A stretch of 63,786 nt of DNA, the filler included, from Reticulomyxa filosa (lineage: Eukaryota > Protista > Foraminifera), in NCBI GenBank assembly GCA_000512085.1. It is 13 parts of 13 records of this genome, joined end to end, with 100 filler letters (N's around TTAATTAATTAA, not from the genome) between each part and the next. Parts side by side here need not be neighbours in the genome. Positions count along the whole stretch, not along the records: positions 1 to 27,739 come from ASPP01036605.1; 12 more parts are not named here. One strand, given 5' to 3'. Position 1 is the first letter of the stretch; each line of letters starts with the position of its first letter. The translations under genes were made by a program, and so were the position numbers. Below, one piece after another: positions 12,916 to 26,030 of the stretch. Below the pieces are notes generated by a model, which was not told where the DNA came from, made no database searches, and saw only the letters and a program-made list of their open reading frames with translations.

Positions 12916-13715
12916 ATGACTAAGATGGCATCTTCAAAAAAACGTGGTGCGTTCATTGTATTGGAGGGCATAGATCGTTCTGGTAAGTCGACCCAATCAA
13001 AGAAATTGCACGAGCACTTAACGGCGCAAAAAATTGCAAACCAATTGATCCGATATCCTGATAGAACCACAATCACTGGTATGAGTTCTCTAATGTGACT
13101 GTCCTCCCGCTCTATCACAATGAACTAGAGACGTTGTAAGACTGCAAACAAAACAAAAAATTAGGTAAACTGCTCAACGAGTATTTACAATGCAAACAAG
13201 AGGTTGACGATAGGGCCATCCATTTGATATTTAGTGCAAATAGACATGAAGCAAAACAGCAGCTTTTGTCTTGGCTTGAAGAGGGATACACGGTGATATG
13301 CGATCGCTACAGCTATAGTGGAACAGTGTATACGTATAGCAAAAACGTGATAAAGCGCGATAAAATGGAGAAAGAAGGCGATAAGAGTATTAAGTCTCAG
13401 AAAGCTCTTGATTGGGAGTGGTGCAAACACGTAGACCAGGGACTGATTCAACCCGACGTGGTTATTTATTTAAATGTCAAAGATCTTGCAACGGTGAAAA
13501 ATAGGGGAGAATTTGGAAATGAGCGATACGAAAATGAGGCCATGTTAAAGCAGGTGTTGAAAAGCTACCAAACTTTTCTTGCTGAAGATGCCGACAAAAA
13601 AATCTGGTCTATTGTCGATGCCAATCAAGCTGTTGAAGATGTCCACAAACAAATTGTTAGCATTACATTGGCCACAATTGAAAGTGTGGCTTCAAAGCCT
13701 GTTCAATATTTGTGA
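12916..13715 (+). CDS. DTYMK: Thymidylate kinase; intron 13079-13164
   Basis: RGAFIVLEGIDRSGKSTQ P-loop, RYPDRTT, FSANRHE, DRYSYSG, PDVVIYL, GNERYE. Confidence 0.95.
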
Positions 13716-13948
13716 AAACTTTGCAATCAAAGAACTATTTTGTTTTTCTTTTCCAGTTCACTTTAGTATTTAAAAATTAATTTTCAAGGAACAGGAGTTC
13801 TTATATAAGCCGTTGGAATTGTCATAACATTTTTTTTACTCGATACAAATACTAAAGAAAACAAAGGGAGAGAAAGGATCCTCCCCTATATTCTCTTATA
13901 AAAAAAAACTATTTCATCAAATATATTTTTGAAGGGTGCAACCATTCG

Positions 13949-14933
13949 ATGTCAAGCTTTGATCATCTCATCAAAATACTTGTGATTGGCGATTCTGGTA
14001 TGTTTACTTTTTCCCATATTATGTAGCAGTATTTGGAAAGAACACACAAAGAACATAAGAAAATACAAACCAAAAGGTGTTGGAAAAACATGTCTTTTGT
14101 TGAGATTCGCAGAGCAAACATTCCAGACTAGTTTCATCTCCACTATTGGGTGTGTACTCCACACAAAGACACACACACAAAAAGGGGGAGAGAAGAATGC
14201 GACGAGTAAAAAAAAAAGGTCGATGTAATGACACAAAAGAATAGACTTCAAAATGAAGACAGTAGATGTTGATGGAAAAACAGTAAAATTACAAATTTGG
14301 GACACAGCAGGACAGGATCGGTTTCGTGCAGTGACAACGGCATATTATAGAGGAGCAATGGGGATTGTATTAGTATACGATATCACACAAGAGCAATCCT
14401 TTCTGAATGTCCGAAATTGGGTCGAAAGTATACGTGAGCATGCTGCTGATGACATTCCTGTTGTCTTGGTCGGAAATAAATGTGACAAGATCGAAGATCG
14501 AGTTTTCTTATTTTTATTTTTAATTTTTATTTTTATTTTTTTGTTTTGTTTTGATTACTCATCAAAATGATCTTTAATAAATAAACAAACAAAAGGCAGT
14601 GTCGAAAGAAGAGGGCAAGAAAATGGCGGATGAATACTTGATGCGATTTTATGAGACTAGCGCTAAACATGATATCAATGTCAAAGATATGTTTATCAAT
14701 TTGGCAAGAGATATTCTCATTCGAAATCAAATCAAGGTTTTGCATATACGTTTTTTTTTTTGTAAAGTACACATGTGCTTTGTTGCATGCACTTTTGTCG
14801 ATTGGGTATGGTGATGTCGTGTGGTCCACAGGAAGAGTTGCACAAACAAGCCAAAGAAAAAGGCACGAAAATTAAAGATGCACCCGCCAAATTGGAATTA
14901 GCACATGCCAAAAAAAAATGTAATTGTTCATGA
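13949..14933 (+). CDS. RAB8: Rab8/Sec4-like small GTPase, 5 exons
   Basis: [56 protein letters not shown]-terminal KKKCNCS prenylation motif. Confidence 0.9.
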
Positions 14934-15301
14934 TATAGAGTTTTATCACTATTACGTTTTCTCCTCCCCTTTTTTTTCTTCCTTTTCATTTTTCCAATTT
15001 TTTTGTGTTGTGTTGCGCTGCGTTATATGTTTCACCATCAAATCATTTAACGGCATTGAAACACCACCATTTTATTAGACTACTTGGAATACTAATATTA
15101 TTGTTCTACTCAAATGATAAATTTTTTTAGCACATTTCCGACCAACATTTTTCAAAATAGCTGAGTCTACAACTTGAAATTTTCGAGTAGTTTGTTGCCT
15201 TCTCATTTTCAAACAAACATTTGGTCTCTGACAGTTGCATTATGGCAAATATCAAAACAGTTCAAACAAAAAACTGTGACAAAAAAAAAGGGGGCTAGAT
15301 G

Positions 15302-16570
15302 ATGCCCAAAATAGCCAGCTGCAAATTAAAGACAAAGCATTGGTCACAATATTTTCGAAGTTTGCACATTCCTCGTGTAAGTAAGCAGAATATCCAGACT
15401 TATTATTTTTGTTATCAGCAAAGGGCGCCACAATCGACAAAAAAAGACGAACCAAAAGAGCGGAAAGGGGCAGCCGTGCAGCTGTCCCCGACATCGTACA
15501 CAGCTTGTCGGATTGAAGCGATATGGCAAGATACCCACAACGTGAAAAGGTACCGTGTGGCGTTACCACGGTCGGATTTGCCGTTGGATCTTCCGGTAAG
15601 CTCGGCAGTGAAATTTCGCGGTTTCGAAAAAGCGAACAACGCAGAAATTGTCCGATCTTATACGCCGGTGAATGACCCCACATTGATCGGTGCGGCTGAT
15701 TTCGTTGTCAAATTGTACCCCAATGGCTTGATGAGCAATTATTTGCGCGATTTGCAAGTCAATGATACCATCGACATTACTGGGCCTTTTCTAAAAATAC
15801 CCATCCCTCGTGCGTTTCTTGGAAAGTCACAGATTGTTATGATTTGTGGAGGTTATCTTTTTTTTTTTTTTTTGACATCCAAATATGTATACATTTATGT
15901 ATACGTAAGATATGTATATAAATATATACGTATATATGTGTATATTCATTTTCCCTCCTTCCACATCCCCCTTTTTTTAAAAAAAATCTTTACGGGACCC
16001 CTTTCACTTAAAAAAAAAAAATTTATAGGGACGGGATTAGCTCCAATGGTTCAAACTTTAAAAGAAATTTGTCGTCTTTTGACTTCTCCGAACGATGAGG
16101 AGAGAGGGGACGCTTGTGAAATCGTGCGTGGGATTAACGAGATTGCACTGATCAATTGCAATAAAAGCGAACAAGATATCATTTGTATGAGCGACTTGCA
16201 AAGTATTGAAAGCACTTTTGCGAGTGTGCTCTCATTGGCTGATCAACAGCGCAATCGCGGTAATATCAAGTTCCACTGTTCTCATGTCTTGGAAACAGTT
16301 GGAAAATGTAGTCCATCTAACTTGACAGGACAAGGACAAAAAAGTCATAAGGTGCTACATGTAGGGCTTTTGAACACGTCTTTGTTAAAAAATACTTTGC
16401 CTCCACCAAATGATCGTGTATTAATTCTTGTTTGTGGCTCTGCGAATATGCTTACACACGTGTGTGGCAACACCGAGCGAGACCCTCAAACTCGACGCAA
16501 AATTCAGGGAGAAGTTGGAGGTATTTTGAAGGAGCTTGGATACAAACCTAATATGGTGTACAAATTTTAA
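15302..16570 (+). CDS. NADH-cytochrome b5 reductase family flavoprotein, probably mitochondrial (MCR1-like); intron 15852-16028
   Basis: RSYTPV, VVKLYPNGLMSNYL, GP, MICGG|TGLAPM, LVCGS, QGEVGGILKELGY...VYKF. Confidence 0.9.
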   Translation: MPKIASCKLKTKHWSQYFRSLHIPRVSKQNIQTYYFCYQQRAPQSTKKDEPKERKGAAVQLSPTSYTACRIEAIWQDTHNVKRYRVALPRSDLPLDLPVSSAVKFRGFEKANNAEIVRSYTPVNDPTLIGAADFVVKLYPNGLMSNYLRDLQVNDTIDITGPFLKIPIPRAFLGKSQIVMICGGYLFFFFLTSKYVYIYVYVRYVYKYIRIYVYIHFPSFHIPLFLKKIFTGPLSLKKKKFIGTGLAPMVQTLKEICRLLTSPNDEERGDACEIVRGINEIALINCNKSEQDIICMSDLQSIESTFASVLSLADQQRNRGNIKFHCSHVLETVGKCSPSNLTGQGQKSHKVLHVGLLNTSLLKNTLPPPNDRVLILVCGSANMLTHVCGNTERDPQTRRKIQGEVGGILKELGYKPNMVYKF

Positions 16571-17204
16571 AATGTTTGTCACTATTTTATTTTACTAGTC
16601 AATATGATAGGTTTTTTGTTTGATTAATTAATCACATTCGATTATTATTTACTATGATGCAGTCTTTTGTTTCAGCAAAACAAAAGTCAACTTCAAAATC
16701 GGGCCGTTCTATCTTGTGTCGAGCAAATTTTTGTGAGATGCTGGGTATTGTCCACATCACCATTTTATTCAAAAAGAAATTGTCTTCGTAAGTATAATAA
16801 TATTTCTTGGGGGTATGATTTTGGCTACGTCCAAAAAGTCGTGTGGTAGAAGCTGAAACTTTTACTTTTCAAAATGTTCAATATATTCTCTCAGACGTTG
16901 TCCATCTACAAATATTTCCAATTTTCTTAGAAAAAAAGATTTTTGAAAATTTGGTAAACACATTTTTAGTTTCACCAAGATAGGCAAGTATTAAAAATTC
17001 AGAAATGAAAAATATTTAATATTTTTTATTTTCATTTCGTGCACGAATAAATAGCAACAATTATAAATATTATCAACTTTTAATGCATCAAATGAATAAT
17101 CGTCTATTTGGACGTAAAATTAATTTTTATTTATCTTTAATTTTTTGAGTTTAGAATGACGACAGCGATGTTTACATTTTCTTTTTTGATCTCTAATTTT
17201 AACA

Positions 17205-18600
17205 ATGGGTCTTCACAACTCCAAATTTAAGAAAACGGCCATTGTCCCTGAAAACAAGACAAATGACCCAAAGAATAACATACCTTTGACTTCTAATGAC
17301 AAATATGGCTTTACACGTCAAATGAAGAAGCCTAAACCACTTAATAACCACCACAAAGACATTAAATTGATCTCTTTCAATCAGCATCTAAACAATGAGA
17401 AGTTTCAATAATTTCTGAGAAAATTTTAGAAAAAAGTTTACTCCTTTTGGTTTTATAGTATTAAATAAAATCTGAAATAAATTGGACTAATAGCTATAAA
17501 AATTTGATTGGACAGCTAACCGTTCAAGAGTTGTTACATTTGAGTATCCATGGAATTCCATTTGAATACAGATGCTATTTATGGAAGTATTTTTTGAGGC
17601 TAGACTCTTACTACAGCACATATGCAAAAAAGCACAACAAATCACTACCAGATCACTACCAATCAGTACATGACACTCAAAGTGACAAAATTAAAGACAT
17701 CCAACTACTGCAAGGAGATATTAAAAGGACGTTTCCTTCTCATCCTTTGTTTGCCGATGAGACTCAGGAAATGGCAAAAAAGCTTCACCACATTTTAAAA
17801 GCATATAGTATCATGAGCACTGACATTGGCTACGTGCAAGGATTGAATTATATTGGAGGACTATTGTTGTTCCATTTGAGTGAAACAGATGCATTGGCAG
17901 TGCTTTTGTCAATAACCAAAAGAAACAACTTTTTTAATATGAAAAAAATATTTGACGAAAAAATAACAATGGAGTGAAATTTTTGCAAACATGTGTGCAA
18001 AAGTTTGATGATGGTTTTAAAAAAAACTTTGAAAGATTATTTAAAAAGTTACAACATGCCAATATCATAAGTGTAGCATACGCCACTTCTTACTATGTCA
18101 CATTGTTTGCATACTGCTGTGAGGTTTCCGTATGTGCAAGGATATGGGATTTTTTAATTTTGTTGCCGTATTTAATGTCAACAAATATGACACTATCTGT
18201 GCACGATATTATCACAAAAATTGCAATAGAGTTTATTAGGTTACGAGAATATGAATTCAAAAAGTTGAAACCAAGTTTTGCTCACGTTTTTTATTTTATT
18301 CGTGTAGATCATCTTGTTTAAATATTATTTTTTATTTTTTTTTTAACAAGTCGAAATTGTTCAGAAACTAAGAACGTGGGATTTGGAAGAAAGTGAAATG
18401 TTTCAAATCTTTGAAAACATTTTGAAAGATTATGAGATACGAAAGAATTCCAACGAACAAATTGCAACTGTTTTTATGTTCAATACTACTCTTAGAATGG
18501 AGTCCAATTCAAACAGCACGGGATGCGAAAGCATCACATAAAATACAAACATATCAAAAATCATCTTTTTTTTTTTGGAGTTGTATTTTCAACCTCAATC
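17205..18600 (+). CDS. TBC-domain Rab GTPase-activating protein (exon boundaries and 3' end approximate)
   Basis: GIPFEYRCYLW, DIKRTFP (Arg finger), GYVQGLNYI (Gln finger), ARIWDFL. N-terminal MG start. Frameshift in the A run at 17958-17963; first exon junction unresolved. Confidence 0.8.
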
Positions 18601-18829
18601 AATTTGTCATTCCAAAAAATAGGCTATTATCGATTAACGATTTTTGTAATTGTTTTGGCAAAAAAAGTGTGTATTTCAGAGTAGAGCAAAAATATTCTTG
18701 GAAAAACGGGAGTGAGAAAAGAAAACCAAATATAAAATTTTTATACCTACGACAACTCAATAGTTTATTTTGACAAAGAAGAGTGTAAATTCTTTGTAAA
18801 TAAGCATTGATTATTTTATATTTGACTAT

Positions 18830-19116
18830 GGTCAATTTATTTGCTCTGGATCAGATGATAAAACAATTCGTATATGGAATGTTGATAATAACAACAAACT
18901 CGATTGGATGGACATTTAGACTCTGTGAATTATGTGAAATTTCACGATATCATTATAATATAATCAAAGTATCATTTGTTCTTTATCAAGTGACAATACT
19001 ATTCGTGTATGGGATATTGAAACAACTAGACAATTAATTGTACTCAACGGAAAAAAGAAATAATGATATCAATTTGTGTTATGGTTCAAATAAGGATCAT
19101 ATTCGTATTTGGGATA
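18830..19116 (+). pseudogene. Degenerate WD40 repeat gene fragment, paralog of the adjacent gene
   Basis: Broken pieces GQFICSGSDDKTIRIWNV and NLCYGSNKDHIRIW, with frameshifts and deletions. Confidence 0.7.
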
Positions 19117-19435
19117 ATATCATTTTGCATCAATAGCGGATTAATAAATATTCTCTCATTAACTAGCATGCGTCAAGTATTTATATTTTCTTGTATCCAC
19201 GTACGTATACTAACATCGCATCTAACATAATATTCTTTGAATACCACATATAAACACCTTTTTTTATTGATATTCAGTTTAATAAATAAACTTGATTAAT
19301 AGTATATTTATTTACGTTCTTGAATTACTGAGCGTTTTTAACACCTTTATTACTTTTGCTATTAAAAAGTGCAAAATTTTTTTCTCCTTAAATCATCTCA
19401 TCATCTAACTCAATCTCAAAAAGAGTACTAAAAGA

Positions 19436-20788
19436 ATGACTACTTTAAGTAATGAGAAACAAGGCTCAATACAACAAGCATTGGTAAACTTTCTTTTTTA
19501 ATTTTTGAGAAGACTTGTTAACACTGTATTTATTGTATGATATTTAGTCAGAAGAAGAAAGGACCCAAATTATTATTACAAATTGGATTCGAATATCCAA
19601 CATTAAACTAGGATGGATCAATGATTTTAATAAATTTATTGTCAATTATGTTATGTTTATATGTTTAAATATTTATGTATTATATTCATTTATAATTTAA
19701 CATAGGCTGCAACTATCGTTATGCTTGATATGTTCCTTTCATCAGCTAAACTATTAAAGACCCTAACTGGGCACACATATAATGTGTGTAGTATTGATTA
19801 TACAACATTTAATGATTGTCAACTCATTTGTTCTGGATCAGCTGATAAAACAGTTCGTGTATGGGATATAGAAACAAATAAACAAATTCAATTATTCAAT
19901 GGACATTTAGGTTATGTATATTCTGCAAAATTTTCATCATATCATAACTACAATTATCATCGCAATGTCATTTGCTCTTCATCAACTGACAAAACAATTC
20001 GTTTTTCTGATGTGAACGATAATCAACAACTACAAGTATTTAATGAACATACACAAGGTGTTCTTGATATTGAATTTTCATCATTTAATGGTGGTAGATA
20101 TTTATGTTCTGGATCAAAAGATAAAACTATTCGTTTATGGGATGTTGAAACATCAAAGAATTTACATACTTTTAATGGACATGAAGAATCTGTTTGGAGT
20201 GTAAAATTTTCACCATTGCAAAACAATAACAACAATATTGGTGTAATTGGTGGTAATGGATATACTATTTGTTCTGGATCACGGGATAAAACCATTCGGA
20301 TATGGGATGTTGAAACAACCAAACAATTAATTGAATTCAAAGGGCATGAAAAATGGATTATGAACGTAAAATATGGATCAAATAAATTAGGAAATATTGG
20401 TTGTTCAAATACAATATTATCTTCGTCACAAGATAATAGTGTTCGTTTATGGGATATTCGATCTGGTCAACAAATTCAAATATTTAATGGACATAAACAT
20501 TGGATTCATGAAGTAGAATATTCACCATTTGTAATAAATAACATTGAAGTTGGAGGTTTTTCTAATGTTATATGTTCTGCATCGTTAGATAAGACAATTC
20601 GTTTTTGGGACATTCGATCAAATAAGGATCAACTTCACGCAATCCATGCAGATGCAAGAGAAGATAAAGGAATACTATGTCTTAAATTTATATCATTAAA
20701 AAAGAAAAATGAAGAAAAAATAAATGATAATTGCGATATTCATTTATACTATGGTTCATTCAAAGGTTATATTCGTGTTTGGGGATGA
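19436..20788 (+). CDS. WD40 repeat protein of a lineage-expanded family; exons 19436-19483, 19548-19649, 19706-20788 (approx.)
   Basis: About 6-7 GH...ICSGS.DKTIR.WD repeats, the family insert IGVIGGNGYTICSGS, and the terminal YGS.KG.IRVWG. Confidence 0.92.
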
Positions 20789-21134
20789 ACAAATGTGAAC
20801 TTTTTTTTGAAACAATTTTGTTAAATGAAGATTTATAAAAAATAGTTCTTTTTAATTATTCATTAATTAAATATTTTTTGATCAACTTTTTTAAAAATAT
20901 AATGCAAAGCCTTTATATTTGACAAAAATTTTTGCAGATTTTCTTGGAACTATTTGGATACGTTATTATTCTTGAGTTTGTCTTTTGTCTTCATATGTTG
21001 ATAGTGTTGTCTTCGTGCAATATTCCAAGTGAATTACATAATAGAATGTGCAAAGTAAGTTCAAATATAATCCATGTATTTCTCCGATTGAGTATTTGTA
21101 CTGCTTTTGAAATAATTCTTATTGCCTTTCAAAC

Positions 21135-21254
21135 TACAATTGATAGTTAAAAAAAAAGCTCCCCCTAAAATAAATTTCTATGCATATTCATAAAGAAGCA
21201 CACGAATGCATATGTGTTCATTTTAGGAGGATCCTTTTTTAGCTGCTGATTGTA
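21135..21254. repeat. About 120-bp imperfect palindrome (MITE/foldback-like)
   Basis: Left arm TACAATTGATAGTTAAAAAAAAAGCTCCCCCTAAAATAAATTTCTATGCAT. Reverse complement of right arm TACAATCAGCAGCTAAAAAAGGATCCTCCTAAAATGAACACATATGCAT. Confidence 0.6.
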
Positions 21255-21749
21255 CCATTACACATATAATACTGCAAAATTCTTACAAACAGATAATTCA
21301 TAAAATTAAAAAGTGCTGTTCTTGAAACAAAACGATATTCGTTATTTTTTTGTCAGTGCCCGTAAAAAATGATACAAGAGCACGATATAATTTTCTGTTG
21401 CGGCTATGAAAAAAAAGTGTAAAATACACTTTGCGTTATTGTACACCAAACTGTTATATCGCAGATATAAACACAAATAACTTATACTATGAAGTCGGTA
21501 AGTGAACAAAACTTTTGTTAAAATGAAAAATTTGAATTGAAAGACAAAAATATATCTTTTTTGTTTTGCAAGGCATTGATATTGCTAAAAACTGTTTTTT
21601 TTCTGTTTTTGTGATAACATGCATTGATTTTTTTTTGAGGGAGAAAAAAATTGGAGTGGTAAAGTATTTGAGTGAGATCGTTATGTGTAGCTTGTTACGA
21701 GTTTTCTTTGACTTCTTCATCATCTTGGAAGTATGATTAACTTGAGGAA

Positions 21750-22736
21750 TTAATTGATCCTAGTAGCAGGAGTTGTGGTATCATCTTGTTGAGAAGTTTG
21801 TTTTTTTTTACGAATACATTCGTCAATAAACTCCAATAGCTTTTGACGAAATTCATCTCCTCTTCTCATTTCAATATCATTATGTCCGCATCCTTCCACC
21901 CAAAAATAACGGACTTCACAAGTGTTTTTAGCTTTGACTTGTTGATAAAGATATTCTCCATGAGAGAAGGGTACAACACGATCGTTTTTTCCATGGATAA
22001 TAAATACAGGATAAGTTGTTACTTTGGTAATTTTGGTTTCATTATGAAAGATATCTGCTGGTTTTAAAATACTACTTGCAACCCAATGATATAATTGTGT
22101 TTTTATTGCAGTACGTAATGGACTTTGTAATATTAATCCTAAGAAAAAAAAAAAAAAAACAGATAAAATAAAATAATTATTATATATATAATATATATGT
22201 ATACTTATTATAATATACCTGCTAAATTATTATATTTAGCAGCTAAATGCACTGTTGGTCCAGAACCAAGTGATCGACCAAATAATATAATTTTGGAAGG
22301 AGAAATGTTTGGACCCTCGTTAGGATTTGTTAACCAATTAAATGCAGATTCAATATCATCATAAGTTGCTTTTTTTATTTATTATTTTTTATTTATTATT
22401 TATTATAATGTTTTTTATTTTCATTAAATACCTAACCTTCTTCTGACGATTTTCCTTCTGACAACCATATCCCTCGTAATCATATGCCAATAAATTAACA
22501 CCTAAATCTTCTGATAATGCTTTAAAACCATATTGGGAACTTATCAAATCTTCTGCGTTTCCATGACTATACAAAATGGTGTAGTCGTTGTCCTCCTTAT
22601 AAAACCATAACGCTGCTATTTTACTCCCGCCTTTTGTTACTATCTGTTTGAAGTCGGTGTGCGTTCCCAAGTCTTTCTTGTCTTCTTCGTCATGTTGTGG
22701 GGGTAAAAACGCTAGTTGATTTACGACACTTCCCAT
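21750..22736 (-). CDS. ABHD17: ABHD17-like alpha/beta hydrolase (depalmitoylase family), 3 exons; 3' end approximate
   Basis: LAFLPP, TILYSHGNAEDL, YDYEGYG, nucleophile GRSLGSGP, LILQSP, IIHGKNDRVVP, GCGHND. One-base frameshift near 22463. Confidence 0.88.
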
Positions 22737-22993
22737 GGTCAAGCACGTTGTTAAAAATTAATTATACTCTCAGTTCAGCAAAAAATTTTTGTTTTTTCCC
22801 GGTTCGTTCTTTGGGTTATATAATATTCGTGTATTAGTTGTATTTCGTACGCTGCTTGTTAAAAAACAAGTAAATTCTTCAAAAAACTATAACACTGCAT
22901 TTTATTTCACTCGTTAAGCTGAAAAATGGTTTTTTATTAGAAGTTCGCTAGTGTCTCTTCTTTAAATTTGTTGATATAAATTACGTTATCAAA

Positions 22994-24037
22994 ATGCTTG
23001 CAACGTGTTTGATTGGATCCCTTTTGGTTTCAAGTGGCATTGCAAGTGCATCATTTGGACCCACAGCATGGACCGACCTTAAAACAACTTGGTAAGGAGA
23101 GGGAAACGCAGAAAAAATTGCGGAGGAATATATTTTTTTACATTTTTTACATAAAAAAAGGTCTGCGGCTCCTTTCAAGGGCTTTATCCCTGTTCCAACC
23201 TCGTTGAGTGATGCTAAGTCTCGTGGATGGGACGAAATGTTGACGTGTGCCAAGGATTCCAGGGTGGGATATTTGTACGCAGAAAACGAAGACATTTCTT
23301 CAATGCCCTTTTACAACAGTAATGGTCAAATTTACGGAATAATTTTGGGAATGACCGATCCAGGCCAGAGCAGCGAAATCCCGCCTTTTAATTCCTATAC
23401 TTTGAGTAATGGGACAGCATTTTGGGGTGTGCAAGCATATTTCCGTGATCCTGCGTATGTGTGTTCCGACACTTCTGTTAGCACTAACGAAAAAATTGGT
23501 GACAGACTTTGGTTCAGAGTTGGTGAGTTTTTATCTACTTGTTGTTACTTCTCATTAGTAATTTTTGTTTGTTTTTGTTAGGTCCAAACTCATTTTATGA
23601 GGTTCCTTTGGTGGAAAACAGTACCACTTTAGATAATGACGGTTGGCTGATGGGTGGATGCTTTGTTGGCATGGGTATGCACTATTGGCGTTATGTAAGT
23701 GTAGACATGGACTGCAACACCGTTTATCCAATCTTTTTGTTGTACACTGAACAAAAATTAACTGCCTGGGGAATTGCTATGGCTCATGACGACCGACCTT
23801 ATTGTACGTTGTTTTTTTTTTTATTGTTATTGTTCTAATTTTTTTGGTGGGGGGATTGTGTGAATAGTGACCAGTAAACGATGGGAGCATCCTGGTGGAG
23901 ACAGCTTGAAATTTTTCTTCCAAGAAGGTGATATGCCAACATGTTTACCAAATCAAGGAACTCTTTCTACACAACATGTGTACTTGGGCAACCCCTTATG
24001 GTATAATTGCCTTGGAGATTTCCAAAAAATCTTTTAA
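22994..24037 (+). CDS. Secreted Cys/His-containing protein of unknown function, 4 exons
   Basis: Signal peptide MLATCLIGSLLVSSGIASA. Spliced motifs WTDLKTTW, AKSRGW, NGQIYGI, QAYFRDP, GGCFVGMGMHYW, PIFLLY, RWEHP, STQHVYL. Introns are GT-AG. Confidence 0.75.
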
Positions 24038-24308
24038 TTGATTGTGTGAAGTTTTATGGTAAATTTCTTTTCAAGTGATTTTTCTAGCAAAGAACAAATT
24101 TACTAGTCAATTTCCTTTTGGCCAATCAGAATAAATAAAAAATTGTAATTGTGCCATATTTCCAAAAAAAAAAAGCTCGGTGTAATCTAAAAAAATTTTC
24201 TTGGGGAGAAATGTGTTAAAACTTTGTGCACTATTTTTCAATTCCACCTACAAAGGAGTCCTTGGTTTTTTCAAAAAACGGTCATTTATACTTAAGAAAA
24301 AAATGGAA

Positions 24309-26030
24309 CTACAACTTGTTGAATTGTTTTTCCATAGCGGCAAAGTTTTGGCCACCAGATAAACTTTCCAAAGCCAAAATTAAAGCTTGTGTGCCCTTTC
24401 TTCCATGTCCTTGGGCCTGCAATGCAATATAAAGTTGTTGTGCCAAAGCTAAACCAGGCAAAGACAAATTCATTCGCTTGCTTTCCTCCAATGCAATGCC
24501 CATATCCTTAATGAAATGTTCAACAAAAAACCCAGGATTAAAATCTCCTTTCACAATTCGATGTCCCAAAACATTTATTGAAAAAGAAGCAGCGCCGCCA
24601 CCACCAACCTTTTTTATTTGTTTTTTTTGCAAGCAAAACAAATACATAACAATGAAAAAAATTACAACACACATACACAATAAATACCGCTTTGATGACT
24701 TCTTCCAAATTTAAGCCAACTTTGTGAGCATACAATAGTCCTTCACAAACACCGATCTGCAAATACACATTTAAAACAATAGTATATTTTATGTTTAATT
24801 TCGTGTGTTTGTTTGAATGAGTGCCGTAAAAAAAAAAATCAATGCAATCAAAACAATCGCCGACCATATTGGAAGCAATCAAAATTTGATTGACCATTTT
24901 GGTGTGTTGTCCTCGTCCGGCAGATCCCATGTATTGAATGGTTTTTCCCATGTGTTGAAACAGCCCATGAACTTTATCTAAAGCATCTTTGTCACCACCA
25001 ACCATTATCGACAGCGTTGCATTTTTTGCACCAACGTCGCCGCCACTTACCGGGGCATCTTTATTTGTACGTATATATTTTTTTGCCCGTGCACATCTCT
25101 GTATGTGCAAAAAAAAAAATACACATATACATATACGTATATATAAATATAAACAAACCGAGTGATTTGACATTCTTCTTGCTTGCTTCGATTGCAATTT
25201 CTTCTGCCAAACTGGGCTATTGGGATCGCATGGACACAATATTGACATGTAACACTATGAAAGTGGGATTGGTTATGAGACGACTCTTTTTTGGAGTTGG
25301 ACACTTTCAAAACTTCACTCGTGGTCATATCGACAATAATGGAGCCCGCTTTGGCTCCTGCGAGTGTCCCTTTTTTTCCTAAAATGGTTTCTCTTACATC
25401 TTTGGGATATCCAACAATGCTAAATATCACGTCTGTTTTGTTTTATTTATTTCGTTTTGCTTTTGAATGATTGAAGGGTGATATGACATCACAGGCAAAA
25501 TCGACAACTGAATAATTGACAATAATAACCTGATTGTTGAGCGACGTGCATTGGCGATTCTGCAAATTTTGCACCCAGTTTTTCAAGGGGCTCACATTTT
25601 GAACGTGTTCGATTAAAGATTGTCGTCTGTTTGATTGATATTTTTTCGTATTTGTCATTTCGTCTTCTTTTATTATCGTTATTTCTTTTATAGCAATTAA
25701 ACACGTCCATTTGTTTATGTTTTTATTTATTCATTTGTTTGTTTGTAATACTTCACTGGGTATCCTGCTTTTATTAAATGCTCGCACATGTGTCTACCCA
25801 TAACACCTGTTTTTGATGTTGATTTGTTTTGTTTGTTCTACTTTTTTTGAAATTTTTTGTTGCGAAGATTTAACAAATAAATGGATCTGAATTGGCGTGA
25901 TATTTTGAGTCGCAAAGACACCCTTACCTGTTCCGATCCATCCCACTTTCAAGTCTTTCTGACTAGATAATGATCTTATACTTAGAGATACAAGCTTTTG
26001 GTGGGTTGCCATTTTTCTTAACGAATGCAT
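24309..26030 (-). CDS. 3-hydroxyisobutyrate dehydrogenase-like / beta-hydroxyacid dehydrogenase (6PGD NAD-binding family), multi-exon
   Basis: [46 protein letters not shown], catalytic [21 protein letters not shown]. Confidence 0.93.
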
